From NCBI GenBank assembly GCA_043821645.1, contig JBDRCO010000096.1:1-50620 (forward strand): DNA of 50,620 bases, in the 5' to 3' direction. A program made the translations under genes and the position numbers. This DNA comes from Pseudomonadota bacterium. Its GTDB lineage: Bacteria > Myxococcota > JACRCW01 > JAFGSX01. A model generated the notes under the pieces. That model was not told where the DNA came from, made no database searches, and saw only the letters and a list, made by a program, of their open reading frames with translations. This document shows, piece after piece, positions 38,165 to 50,620 of this stretch (position 1 is the first letter of the stretch; every line of letters starts with the position of its first letter).

Positions 38165-38323
38165 CGGTCGCGCTGGTGTTTGTTCTTTGCGCGAGCGGGT
38201 CCGGGATCAGGACGTGTGCTGAGTGCCCTGGCGCAAGAAGACCTTGCCACCAAGCTCCATCGTGAAGCAGGCATCTCGCGTCGCAACGGTCTCCTTGCAG
38301 TGGTCTTTGAGCACGCCAAGATC

Positions 38324-39352
38324 CTAGTGCGAAGGCATGGGGGACACGCTGTCGTCGAGCGGCAGGGACGCCATGGCGGACACCGTGCTGTCGTGGCGTT
38401 CACCCCGGAGCAGGCGAGCGGCTCCGGCCACGGCGATCATGGCAGCGTTGTCCGTGCAGAACTTCAACGGAGGCAGAAACACCTCGAAGCCATGCTGCGA
38501 ACGCAGCCGATCCAGACTCGCCCGCAGGGCCTGGTTGGCCGCCACGCCACCGGCGACGACCAGGGACTTTGTCGACGTGCGCTGCAGGGCCCACACCGCC
38601 TTCTCCACCAGACTGTCGACGATGGCCGCCTGCAGGGAGGCACAAAAATCACCAAGCCCCTGCGCGTCGAGGGAGCCCTCGCGCTCCAGTGTCAGGCGCG
38701 CCGCGGTCTTGAGTCCCGAGAAACTGAAGTCGAGGTTGCGCCGGCCGCGCATGGCGCGGGGCAGGTGGAAACGCGCCGGATCGCCACCGACGGCAGCACG
38801 TTCGATGGCGATGCCACCGGGGTAGCCCAGCCCGAGCAGGGTGGCCACCTTGTCGAAGGCCTCACCTGCGGCATCATCGCGGGTGCTGCCCAGACAAGTG
38901 GCGTCGCCCAAAGCACGTACGAAGTACAGGCCCGTGTGTCCCCCGGATACCAGCAACGCCACGAAGGGGAACGAGGGGCGAGGTTCTGCCAGGAAGGGCG
39001 CGCAGAGGTGACCCTCAAGGTGGTGTACTCCGAGAAAGGGCAGCGATCGACTCCACGCCAGGCCCTTGGCGAACTGCAGACCCACCAGCAGGGAACCGAT
39101 GAGTCCTGGACCCCGCGTGGCCACCACCGCATCCACCTCGCCGACGGAGCAACCCGCCTGGTCAAGGGCCTTGCGCACCACCCCCACGATGTCCGCGACG
39201 TGGTGGCGGGACGCGATCTCGGGCACCACCCCCCCAAAGGGCGCGTGCACTGCGATCTGCGACGCGACCACCGAACTCTCGAGATCAAAGGGGGCGCGCA
39301 GCACAGCAGCCGCGGTCTCGTCACAGGACGACTCGATGGCGAGGACACGCAC
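38324..39352 (-). CDS. tsaD: tRNA N6-adenosine threonylcarbamoyltransferase
   Basis: IESSCDETAAA, GGVVPEIASR.H, HHLEGH, LLVSGGHT, DDAAGEAFDK, CTDNAAMIA. Confidence 0.97.
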   Translation of the reverse strand: MRVLAIESSCDETAAAVLRAPFDLESSVVASQIAVHAPFGGVVPEIASRHHVADIVGVVRKALDQAGCSVGEVDAVVATRGPGLIGSLLVGLQFAKGLAWSRSLPFLGVHHLEGHLCAPFLAEPRPSFPFVALLVSGGHTGLYFVRALGDATCLGSTRDDAAGEAFDKVATLLGLGYPGGIAIERAAVGGDPARFHLPRAMRGRRNLDFSFSGLKTAARLTLEREGSLDAQGLGDFCASLQAAIVDSLVEKAVWALQRTSTKSLVVAGGVAANQALRASLDRLRSQHGFEVFLPPLKFCTDNAAMIAVAGAARLLRGERHDSTVSAMASLPLDDSVSPMPSH

Positions 39353-39357
39353 CGGGC

Positions 39358-39876
39358 TCAGGCCTCGCTCTCGGCATCAAGGCGACTGGCACCCAGCAAG
39401 GCCGCGACAAGAAAGAGCAGGACCACGGCGGTGGCGATGAGTGCCGGCGGTGGATCCTCACCCGAGAAGCGGCCACCGACCCCACCTCGAACCAGGACCG
39501 CGATCACAAGGGCGACAGCCACCGCGGCGGGGTACAAAGATCCTGTGCGGTGTCCTGCCAGCAGCATGCGTACGGACACGGCATAGGCGACCGCGGCGAC
39601 GATCCACAGCACCAGGGCAGTGCCCAGGGCCACGGCGAAGCCCTGCTCGACCACCACGACGGCCAGGTAGGATCCGGGTTCAACGCCCAGTGCCCAGGTG
39701 GGGTGAAAGTGCAGGGTATACACCGACAGGGTGGGCACCAGGGCCGCACAGACGCCAGCGGCGCCGATCTGCAACACGCCCAGGCTCTGCCGCGAGGCCA
39801 GAATGGTCCGCCGCGTCACCTGCACCAGGGCCACAGCAAAGGCGATGACACACGCCAGGGCCATCTCGACGGTCAC
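39358..39876 (-). CDS. Hypothetical multi-pass membrane protein (start GTG 39876 or ATG 39864)
   Basis: Hydrophobic 3' end of the long antisense ORF. GAGGAG RBS at 39881-39886, about 5 TM segments, ends 5 bp before tsaD. Confidence 0.6.
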   Translation of the reverse strand: MTVEMALACVIAFAVALVQVTRRTILASRQSLGVLQIGAAGVCAALVPTLSVYTLHFHPTWALGVEPGSYLAVVVVEQGFAVALGTALVLWIVAAVAYAVSVRMLLAGHRTGSLYPAAVAVALVIAVLVRGGVGGRFSGEDPPPALIATAVVLLFLVAALLGASRLDAESEA

Positions 39877-39996
39877 AGCACTCCTCGACGGCCACCGCTG
39901 GACAGGCGGAGCCGGGGCGGCATGATGGCGAGTGCAGCGGCCTGCTGCAAGACCCAAAAGGTCGGGGATGGTCCCGATCTGTTGCACGCATGTTCT

Positions 39997-40025
39997 TTGC
40001 GACCCCGGGCTGGTTCGATAATAAT
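39997..40025 (+). promoter_or_regulatory. Possible sigma70 promoter (TTGCGA-N17-AATAAT)
   Basis: Good -35/-10 match with a 17-bp spacer, 40 bp upstream of the kinase ATG. Confidence 0.4.
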
Positions 40026-40065
40026 GGGAGCCAGCGTGGCTCCTGCCGCCGCGCACTGAGAGGCG

Positions 40066-42882
<2,817 letters not shown>

Positions 42883-42902
42883 TGCCCTGCCCTGTCCCAC
42901 CC

Positions 42903-43113
42903 GGTGCTGCCAGGGGTGAATGCGTCGGGACCTGCGCCCGACGCAGAGGGGGCGACCGATGCCCCCCGGAGCTGGTGCTGCCAGGGGTGAATGCGTCGGG
43001 ACCTGCGCCCGACGCAGAGGGGGCGACCGATGCCCCCCGGAGCTGGGGCTGCCAGGGGGGACTGCGTCGGGACCTGCGCCCGACGCAGAGGGGGCGGGCC
43101 GACCGCCCCCTGG
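42903..43113. repeat. Intergenic 71-bp tandem repeat (2 identical copies + 1 variant), each with two hairpins; REP/BIME-like
   Basis: Units start at 42903, 42974 and 43045. Stems are TGCGTCGGG-N7-CCCGACGCA and GGGGGC-N7-GCCCCC. Confidence 0.92.
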
Positions 43114-43127
43114 AAAAGGAGGCCAAC

Positions 43128-43307
43128 ATGAGCGAGGACGAAGACGGGGGAAAGGTCTTCAAGGATTTCGACTGTCCAACCTGCAACGCCAACAACCCCT
43201 ACGATGAGGGGATTCATGCAGGCGACGAGGTGCGCTGTTTTTACTGCGGGCAAGAGTTCAGGGCACAGGTCACCGATGCAGGACGACTCAAGCTGCGAGA
43301 GATATAG
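43128..43307 (+). CDS. Small zinc-ribbon protein (59 aa)
   Basis: AAGGAGG RBS at 43116-43122; CPTC...CFYC. Confidence 0.8.
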   Translation: MSEDEDGGKVFKDFDCPTCNANNPYDEGIHAGDEVRCFYCGQEFRAQVTDAGRLKLREI

Positions 43308-43363
43308 AACCTGGAGCGCTCACCGACGCAGCTGCCCCCACCCCTCGAGCCACGGGAGTTCAC

Positions 43364-44641
43364 ATGTGCCGTGCGATCACCATCCTGGGTCTCTGCGTCG
43401 CGCTCTGGGGCTGCCCTCCCGGCAGTGAGCCCCGGGACGGTGGGGCGGATGCAGCTTCTGCGGACGCCACGCTTCACGACGCGACCACGGTAGATGCGGG
43501 GCAGAACGACCTCGCAGCCAGGGACTCGTCCACTGCCCAGGATTCGGCAACAGCACACGATGCCCAGACCGTCCCCGACAGCGCCGTGGTCGGTGATGCG
43601 GGCTCCTCGTGTCTACTCTTCGACGCCTGCACAGGAGTGGTCGCCAGCGGCGCCACACACAGCCTGGCCGTGTCCTCCCTGGGCCTGGGCGGAGCCCACA
43701 CCCTGGCCCTGGGCGACACCTTGGCGACGGTGCGCACACACATGTCCGGCGTGACAGAGACCATCGCCAGCTACAACAGCTTTGCGCTCATGTACTGCAC
43801 CGAGGGTCTGGTGCTCTACTTCGCGGACAATCTGAGCGACACGGCGGGGAACGAAGGTCAGCTCACGGACAGTGACACGCTGTACAAGATCACCGCGGTG
43901 GGGAACTTCACGGGAGCCACAGACACCGTCACACCGCTCGCCCTGGGCGATCCCCTGGCCACGGTCACAGCCGCGCTCGGCAGCGCTGATTTCATCGGCA
44001 GCGGCACCTCGGTGGCAGGCGACAACGGACAGTTCCTCTACTACACCCGTGGCGTGGCGGTGCTGGTCATCGCCGACAGCGTCACCTCGCTGTCGCTGTT
44101 TCAACCCCAGCCAGGCGGTGCGATCAACGCCAGCGTGAACTTTGGCAATGGCACCATCGGCGGGGTCTCGGTCACGCACAACGCGCTGGGCAGTGTGGCC
44201 GTGCCCAGCGGATCGACGCTGACCCAGGTGCGTGCGGTGTTTGGAGCCACACCCGATGCCGACGGCGACACGACCGTCAACATCGGTGGAACCGACGTCG
44301 GTATCCTGATGCTGTCGTACTCGGCGTTGGGTCTTCGCTTCAGCGGTACGGCGCGCCAGTACTCGGGCATCAACGAACTGACAGGTGATCAGCGCAAGGT
44401 TTTCACCGCGGTGATCACCCCGCCCTTCCAGGGGCTGGACAACGGCATCGGCATAGGCACCGAGCGCGCGACCATACAGGCACGCTGGGGCGCGCCCTAC
44501 GCCAGCGATGTGGATACCGAAGGGCGGACCCTGCACAAGTACAATGTCGGCAGCCGCAAGGCCGGCGTGATGTACGCGCAGGACGCGGCCTGCGTCGAGC
44601 GCGCGGTTCTTTTCTTCGTCAACCTGATCGATCTCGACTGA
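43364..44641 (+). CDS. Lipoprotein with a D-A/D-S-rich linker and four BamE/BLIP-like repeats
   Basis: Lipobox LWG-C. Repeats LALGDTLATVRT, LALGDPLATVTAALG, PSGSTLTQVRAVFG, IGIGTERATIQARWGAP. Confidence 0.7.
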   Translation: MCRAITILGLCVALWGCPPGSEPRDGGADAASADATLHDATTVDAGQNDLAARDSSTAQDSATAHDAQTVPDSAVVGDAGSSCLLFDACTGVVASGATHSLAVSSLGLGGAHTLALGDTLATVRTHMSGVTETIASYNSFALMYCTEGLVLYFADNLSDTAGNEGQLTDSDTLYKITAVGNFTGATDTVTPLALGDPLATVTAALGSADFIGSGTSVAGDNGQFLYYTRGVAVLVIADSVTSLSLFQPQPGGAINASVNFGNGTIGGVSVTHNALGSVAVPSGSTLTQVRAVFGATPDADGDTTVNIGGTDVGILMLSYSALGLRFSGTARQYSGINELTGDQRKVFTAVITPPFQGLDNGIGIGTERATIQARWGAPYASDVDTEGRTLHKYNVGSRKAGVMYAQDAACVERAVLFFVNLIDLD

Positions 44642-44796
44642 CGCGCTTCACGGGCTCGGGCACAAGTCCAGCGCTCTGTAGCACACTCCCGTCGACGAGA
44701 AGAGCACGCGAGCAGTCCGCGACAGTGCTGCGGAGCGCCCGTCGAGGTTCGCGCTCGGCGAAATGAAAAGGCCCACACCCCTTCAGGCAGGCATGG

Positions 44797-45459
44797 TCAG
44801 GGCAACAGGCGAGCGGCTCGCGGCGCCAGGCGATCCCCGTCGAGCAGCGTGGACGGCGGAGCAAAGCGAGGTTCCAGCGCCACCCGCCGCTTGAGCGCGC
44901 GCACCACCCGCACATGCGATGGATGATCCGCAGCGGCATGCAGTGCCAGGTAGAGCCGCGCCCGGTCCACCCAGGGAGCCGCCAGGGGCTCATAGAACCC
45001 GAGCTTGTCGACCTGCTCGATCAGGGACAGTCCGGCCCGCTCGAGAGGAACGGCATAGACCTCCGTGATCTCATAAAACGCCGTGGCCTCGTCAGCGCTG
45101 GCGTCCAGGGGCGCAGGAAGCGCACGTGCCCGGGCGGCGAGGTCCAGGTGAAGCTCCGCCACCCGGACCAGGGCCAGGGCTGAGTAGGCATTGCGTGGGT
45201 GGGTGAGCAGAACTTCGAGGTAGCGATCACGCAGGTCCACCATGCGCAGCATCTCGTTCTCGAGGTTGTCCAGGCACCTCGCCGGAGACCGCGCAACGAT
45301 GGGTGTGCCAATGAAGGCCTGAAAATGTGGTTCCAGGTCCACCAGTTCGGCGTAGGTCTCCAGATCGACGGGCGTTGCCAGGCCGCGCGCCTGCGCAGGG
45401 GTGCAGGCCATGACAGTCAGGGCCAGCACGGTAGGCACACCTGTACGTCGTCGGGACAA
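44797..45459 (-). CDS. Helical (TPR-like) putative lipoprotein resembling the C-terminus of myxobacterial Glt TPR proteins
   Basis: GGAGGG RBS precedes TTG 45459; VLALTVMA-C. Y.EV......SALALVRVAEL..DLA...P.P...EATAFYE....AVPLE...WVDRA. Confidence 0.6.
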   Translation of the reverse strand: MSRRRTGVPTVLALTVMACTPAQARGLATPVDLETYAELVDLEPHFQAFIGTPIVARSPARCLDNLENEMLRMVDLRDRYLEVLLTHPRNAYSALALVRVAELHLDLAARARALPAPLDASADEATAFYEITEVYAVPLERAGLSLIEQVDKLGFYEPLAAPWVDRARLYLALHAAADHPSHVRVVRALKRRVALEPRFAPPSTLLDGDRLAPRAARLLP

Positions 45460-45656
45460 TGCGCATCCCTCCAGGACCGTCCTTCGGAGATTCGATGGCT
45501 TATCGTTTCTCAGGGCCGGTCGAGCACACAACACTCCTAAAGAAAAGTGTACCCCGTGGCAGCCAACCTGCAAGGCGTCCAGGCCCATGCCATGCGGATT
45601 TCGCCACGATCCGCCCTGGACTTCCTCGCATCCCCCAGCTGCGCTATTTTGTAGGC

Positions 45657-46649
45657 ATGACAACGCGTATCCAGCAAAGCGCGATCTTGCTGCCCTTGCT
45701 CCTGGGCCTGCCGAACATCGGATGCATCCTGTGCAACGAGGAGTTCCCCGAAGCCTGCATGGAAAATTTCAACACCTGCGAGGGAGACAAGGGCGCTGTG
45801 CTGGGCCAGACCCAGGTGGAACTCGACCTGCGCAAGAGCGTCGTGCGCACCCGCGAGGCGCCGGTGGGCAACCTGGTGGCCGATGCCTTTCACTACACCG
45901 CGAATCTGGTTTGCCAGCGCAACGGCGTGGCCTGCCCCGACGCTGCTTTTCAGAATGGAGGCGGCATCCGCTCCCAGACCGCGTGTGGTGAGCGCGAATT
46001 GATCCCCATCGGCGCCCTGTACGAGCGCGACGTCAACCAGATGCTGCCCTTTGGCAACTTGCTCACCGTGACGGAGGTCAGTGGCTGGGATCTCAAGCTG
46101 GCGCTCGAGCACTCCGTCGACGAGCTGGGCTTGCCAGGCAAGGCGGGTCAATCCGGGCACTTCCTGCAAGTGTCGCGGCTGCGCTTCGAGGTGGACTGCC
46201 GGCAGGCGCCGCATGCTGCGGACTCCAGCGAGACCCAGATCACGACGCCAGGGGCGCGCATTGCCGACGGGTCCCTGTACATCCGCACCGACGACGGTAG
46301 CGGTCCCGATGAGGTCTGGACGCCGGTCGACACCACCAAGCCGACCTTGGGAAACCCGGGCACGCTCTACCGCATCGCACTCAGTGGCTTCATCGGCAGC
46401 GGCAATGACGGGTTTCTGGCCTTCGTGCTGCGCGACCAGGACGAGATCGCGCAGCCGCCGGGAGAGCCTCCCTACCTCAACAAGATCATCAAGAATCTCA
46501 ATGGCGAGGAGGCGCTTCGCGATGACAACGACGCGCAGATCACCGACGCCATGGCCGTGATGAAGTACATCCAGGCCAAGAAGAAGGTCGCGCCAGACAT
46601 CGAGTACCGCATCGTGGCTCGTAACTGCGTGGCCGGTGTCGACGAATAG
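45657..46649 (+). CDS. Exported (probably lipo-) protein consisting only of a 5'-nucleotidase C-terminal domain
   Basis: VRTREAPVGNLVADA, NGGGIR, LPFGN, LKLALEHSV, FLQVS, FIGSGNDGF. No metallophosphoesterase domain. Confidence 0.85.
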   Translation: MTTRIQQSAILLPLLLGLPNIGCILCNEEFPEACMENFNTCEGDKGAVLGQTQVELDLRKSVVRTREAPVGNLVADAFHYTANLVCQRNGVACPDAAFQNGGGIRSQTACGERELIPIGALYERDVNQMLPFGNLLTVTEVSGWDLKLALEHSVDELGLPGKAGQSGHFLQVSRLRFEVDCRQAPHAADSSETQITTPGARIADGSLYIRTDDGSGPDEVWTPVDTTKPTLGNPGTLYRIALSGFIGSGNDGFLAFVLRDQDEIAQPPGEPPYLNKIIKNLNGEEALRDDNDAQITDAMAVMKYIQAKKKVAPDIEYRIVARNCVAGVDE

Positions 46650-48000
46650 TCCCATGGTGCAATATTCTTGCAGCCGTCGAGCGATCAGCGTCCTGCGGAT
46701 TCATGCCGCGGGTGCCGTCGTCGCATTGCTCCTGCTTTGTGCAGGCGCCCCGTCCCGTGCGCAAGATGTGCCCACCTATGGCGATCTCGCCCTGGACTTC
46801 GGAGAGGCACGGGTCGTGGGGGATGTGCGCCTGCGCTCGAGCCTCGACGCCAGCCGGGATCTGAGCTCCCAGCCTGATCTGGACGCCCGCTTTCCGGTAC
46901 TCGCCAGGGTCGGAGCCGAGGCGGCCGTGGCCGAGAGCTACGCCGCCCGTGTGCTCCTCGGTGCTGTCGGCGAGCTCGGTCTCCGGCGTGAAGAGCCTGC
47001 TCTCTTCGTGGACGAGGCCTGGGTCGAGGCCCGGACAGGCCTGCTGGGGGGACTGGCGCGCCTGCGCTTCGGGCGCCAGGCGCTCGAACTGCAGGACGGC
47101 CGCCTGGTGTCGAGCGAGGCCTTCGTCACCCACCCACGGCGCGTGGATGCGCTGCGCGGCTCCGCGTCCATCGGCGATCTCGAGCTCGAGAGCTTTTTGG
47201 CCATTCTCTCGACGGCACTGGCAGCGCCCTCGCCGGCCACGGACACGGCACCCGACGATCTCCTCGGTGGCGTCCTGGCCAGCTACCAGCTCGGGTCATG
47301 GCTGCGGGTCGGTGGCCATATCCTTGGTCAACTCGGCACTGCCGTCGACAGCATCGACATCCCAGCCATCACCGGCGACGAGCGGACCCCCCTGCGCATC
47401 CTCACCCTGGGACTGGAAGCTCGAGCCTGCCCCCTGACCTGGCTCGAGGCCGTCGCCGCCCTCAGTCTGCAAGTCGGTGAGGCGCGCGCTCTCGAACAGC
47501 AAGCGGTGGACCTGCACCTGCACACCCAGGCTGCAGTGCCGGGGCCAGGCCAGCCGACCCTGCGACTGGGGTATGACCTGGCTGGGGGCGACCGGAATCC
47601 TTTCGATCTGCGCAGCAACAGCTTTCGCAACCCGCTGGGAGCACGCCACGCGCGCTTTGGCGCCTCGGATCTGCTGGCTCCGCGCAATGCCCAGGACCTG
47701 TTCGTGGCGCTGCGTATCCAGGAACAAAACAGCTGGGCAGAGCTGAGCCTGCACCGCCTTCAGCTCGATTCGACGCGTGAAGCCTGGCTCGATGGAGAGG
47801 GACGCGAGATTCTGGCCGCGCCTGCGGGTGACGAGCATCTGCTCGGGTACGACCTCGATGTCGCGGGACACCTGGCTGTTCATCCGCAGCTCAGCGTCGA
47901 GCTGCTGTATGCCCTGTTCCTTCCCGACGGGGTGGCCAGGACTGCCGTCGGCAATCAGGCTGCCCATCGTCTGCTACTCGGAGTGCTGGCCAGGTTCTAG
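46636..48000 (+). CDS. Alginate-export (AlgE-like) outer-membrane porin (start may be 46654)
   Basis: DEAWVE, LRFGRQAL.LQDGRLVS, DALR, LRLGYDLAGGD, F.NPLG.RH.RFG..D, LGYDLDV; C-terminal Phe. Confidence 0.8.
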   Translation: MSTNSPMVQYSCSRRAISVLRIHAAGAVVALLLLCAGAPSRAQDVPTYGDLALDFGEARVVGDVRLRSSLDASRDLSSQPDLDARFPVLARVGAEAAVAESYAARVLLGAVGELGLRREEPALFVDEAWVEARTGLLGGLARLRFGRQALELQDGRLVSSEAFVTHPRRVDALRGSASIGDLELESFLAILSTALAAPSPATDTAPDDLLGGVLASYQLGSWLRVGGHILGQLGTAVDSIDIPAITGDERTPLRILTLGLEARACPLTWLEAVAALSLQVGEARALEQQAVDLHLHTQAAVPGPGQPTLRLGYDLAGGDRNPFDLRSNSFRNPLGARHARFGASDLLAPRNAQDLFVALRIQEQNSWAELSLHRLQLDSTREAWLDGEGREILAAPAGDEHLLGYDLDVAGHLAVHPQLSVELLYALFLPDGVARTAVGNQAAHRLLLGVLARF

Positions 48001-48028
48001 GTGAATGCGTGGGGGCTGTATCGATGCA

Positions 48029-49414
48029 TCAGCCCGCAGGCACCGCGCAGTATTCGACCCGCACCACCGAGCTGCCGCTGCCCAGGGCCTGGCAAGCCGG
48101 CCCGAAAAACTCGATCGTGCGAGCGCCGACGTAGTCCCAGCCATTGACCCGCGACTGGTCGCGGGACTCCGCGGTGCCATCGACGGTCACCGCCACGGTC
48201 GTCGACAGCGGAGCATTCTGCAGCTCGAAGCGACACATGGAGACCCGTCGTCCGATCTGGCGAAGGGCAGCCTCCAGCGCCTGCTGCGAGCCCGCGTCGT
48301 AATACTTGTGCACACCACTCACGGCCGTACCGCCGGCCACAGCCATGCCGTCGAGCACGCCGGCAAACAGCTCCGAGCCCGGGATGCCGACGACGAAGGT
48401 GGCGATGCCATCCTGGGCCAGCGCCTGCACTGCAGCCACGGTATTGCTGTCATCGAGACAGGCGAAGCTGTGCGAGCAATTGCTGCTCTGGCTGCACACG
48501 CAGCTGTTGACGTCGGCAGAGGCATTGCAGTTGGGCGCACCATCCGTGGCCAGCACCACGGCCTGGGGCCGCGTGGTGACTCGATTGTGCAGGTGCGCGC
48601 CGGCCACACGCAAGGTCGCCGCGGTGGGCGTGCCTCCTCCTGGTCCGGTGGACCAGAAAGCATTGGCGATGGCCGGTCCGTTGGCATCCGCCATGTCGAC
48701 CACCACGCTGCCGCCCACGCACTGCAGGGCCTCGCCCGAACCCGCAGGGTAGAACATCAGGCCAAAACCATAGGTGTCGTCGAGTTCGGCGGTGACGCCG
48801 GTGATGACCTCGCGAACCTGCTCCCACTTGGTGTTCGCCGCGCCCTGCGGGACCTCGTCCATGCTGCCCGAGCGATCCACCACCAGCAGCAGATCCGCCT
48901 CGGCCGTGCTCGACGGGTTGAAGGTTTCCTCGTCACAGACCGGGGGTACGCTCCCGCTCCCACCGCCGGGATTGGTGCTGGTCCCCGATCCTGGATTCGT
49001 GGTGCCGCCCGAGCTGCCGTCGTCCGGGCAACCTTCCTCGGGGCAGTCGCCGCCGGTGCCGCTGCCGTCGCCCGGGTTGGTGCCGGTGCCGGAACCCGGG
49101 GTGGTACCGGTGGCGCTGCCGTCGTCCGGGTTGGAGCCCCCGCTGCCGTCGCCCGGAACCGTTCCGCCAGTGCCGTCGCCGGGGACACCGCTGGCGCAGT
49201 TGAACATTCCCTCTTCGCTGCCCATGCAAACGTCGCCGCTGGAATCATCGGGATTCTGCGCCGGTGAGCCCGAGGACCGTGTCGCCGGAGGCAGTGAGCC
49301 ATTCTCGAACTCGTCCGTGTTTCCTGGCCCCTGCACCCCGCAGGCTGTCCAAAGCACCAGGACCAGGCCGCAGGTCAGGACCAGAACCAGGTGATGAAGC
49401 TTCGGGGTCGACAT
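48029..49414 (-). CDS. vWA-domain lipoprotein, CglB-like
   Basis: GAGGAGG RBS and lipobox WTA-C. MIDAS residues DRSGS, GGTPT and LATDGAPNC; TFVVG; Cys-rich; Gly-rich PGDGSG linker. Confidence 0.85.
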   Translation of the reverse strand: MSTPKLHHLVLVLTCGLVLVLWTACGVQGPGNTDEFENGSLPPATRSSGSPAQNPDDSSGDVCMGSEEGMFNCASGVPGDGTGGTVPGDGSGGSNPDDGSATGTTPGSGTGTNPGDGSGTGGDCPEEGCPDDGSSGGTTNPGSGTSTNPGGGSGSVPPVCDEETFNPSSTAEADLLLVVDRSGSMDEVPQGAANTKWEQVREVITGVTAELDDTYGFGLMFYPAGSGEALQCVGGSVVVDMADANGPAIANAFWSTGPGGGTPTAATLRVAGAHLHNRVTTRPQAVVLATDGAPNCNASADVNSCVCSQSSNCSHSFACLDDSNTVAAVQALAQDGIATFVVGIPGSELFAGVLDGMAVAGGTAVSGVHKYYDAGSQQALEAALRQIGRRVSMCRFELQNAPLSTTVAVTVDGTAESRDQSRVNGWDYVGARTIEFFGPACQALGSGSSVVRVEYCAVPAG

Positions 49415-49539
49415 GGACGCCTCCTCGCAGGTGACCAGCATTCATTATGAGATTCGGGTGCGTGATCCGCGTCGGTCGTTGATCCGACGTCGGAAGTTGC
49501 CGACATCGCGTGAGAACACCTGTCTGCCCCTTCCGACAG

Positions 49540-49566
49540 CTTGCCGATACCTGCGCCGTGCCTAAC
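49540..49566 (+). promoter_or_regulatory. Possible RpoH-like heat-shock promoter (CTTG-N17-CCTAAC)
   Basis: Lies directly upstream of clpB and resembles RpoH-type CTTG-N17-CCYAT promoters. Confidence 0.35.
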
Positions 49567-49605
49567 CTTTTTTTAAGTCACGACGACGCAGGAGGGATGA
49601 CCATC

Positions 49606-50620
<1,015 letters not shown>

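Noticed and set aside
38207-38323. 38 open codons in frame after the tsaD TAG (possible readthrough or pyrrolysine)
   Set aside because: TsaD is already full length, TAG ends several other genes normally, and the open length is compatible with chance.
42903-43113. CRISPR array interpretation of the 71-bp repeats
   Set aside because: Units are directly adjacent with no unique spacers, and no cas genes are present.
46636-48000. Alginate/exopolysaccharide biosynthesis locus
   Set aside because: No glycosyltransferase, polymerase or acetylation genes lie nearby; the family name alone does not imply alginate.

Overview
High-GC window from a Myxococcota-like (deltaproteobacterial) genome. The lineage is inferred from Cys-rich lipoproteins, a GltG/AgmX-type TonB-like protein, a CglB-like vWA lipoprotein and a PEGA-domain Ser/Thr kinase. 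It holds about 33 CDS and I see no rRNA, tRNA, CRISPR array, integrase or transposase. A ~4,500-aa lipoprotein dominates the window (631-14151): paired carboxypeptidase-regulatory-like domains, ~25-28 Ig-like repeats, two FN3-like domains and two 7-bladed FG-GAP (integrin-alpha-type) propellers. The rest mixes housekeeping genes (panE, alkene reductase, mscS, thioredoxin, ROK kinase, ppx-ppk1, tsaD, clpB) with many envelope genes. The most notable pattern is two tightly coupled pairs of an enzyme-derived lipoprotein with altered or missing catalytic machinery and an outer-membrane barrel: a C45 Ntn-hydrolase with Cys->Ser, and a 5'-nucleotidase substrate-binding domain alone. Other features are a 21x KPDT repeat, a 71-bp double-hairpin tandem repeat, a consensus sigma54 promoter, a perfect CRP-family box, and a degenerate NucS-like ORF with a possibly premature TGA. 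All family calls come from motif recognition by eye, not database searches.
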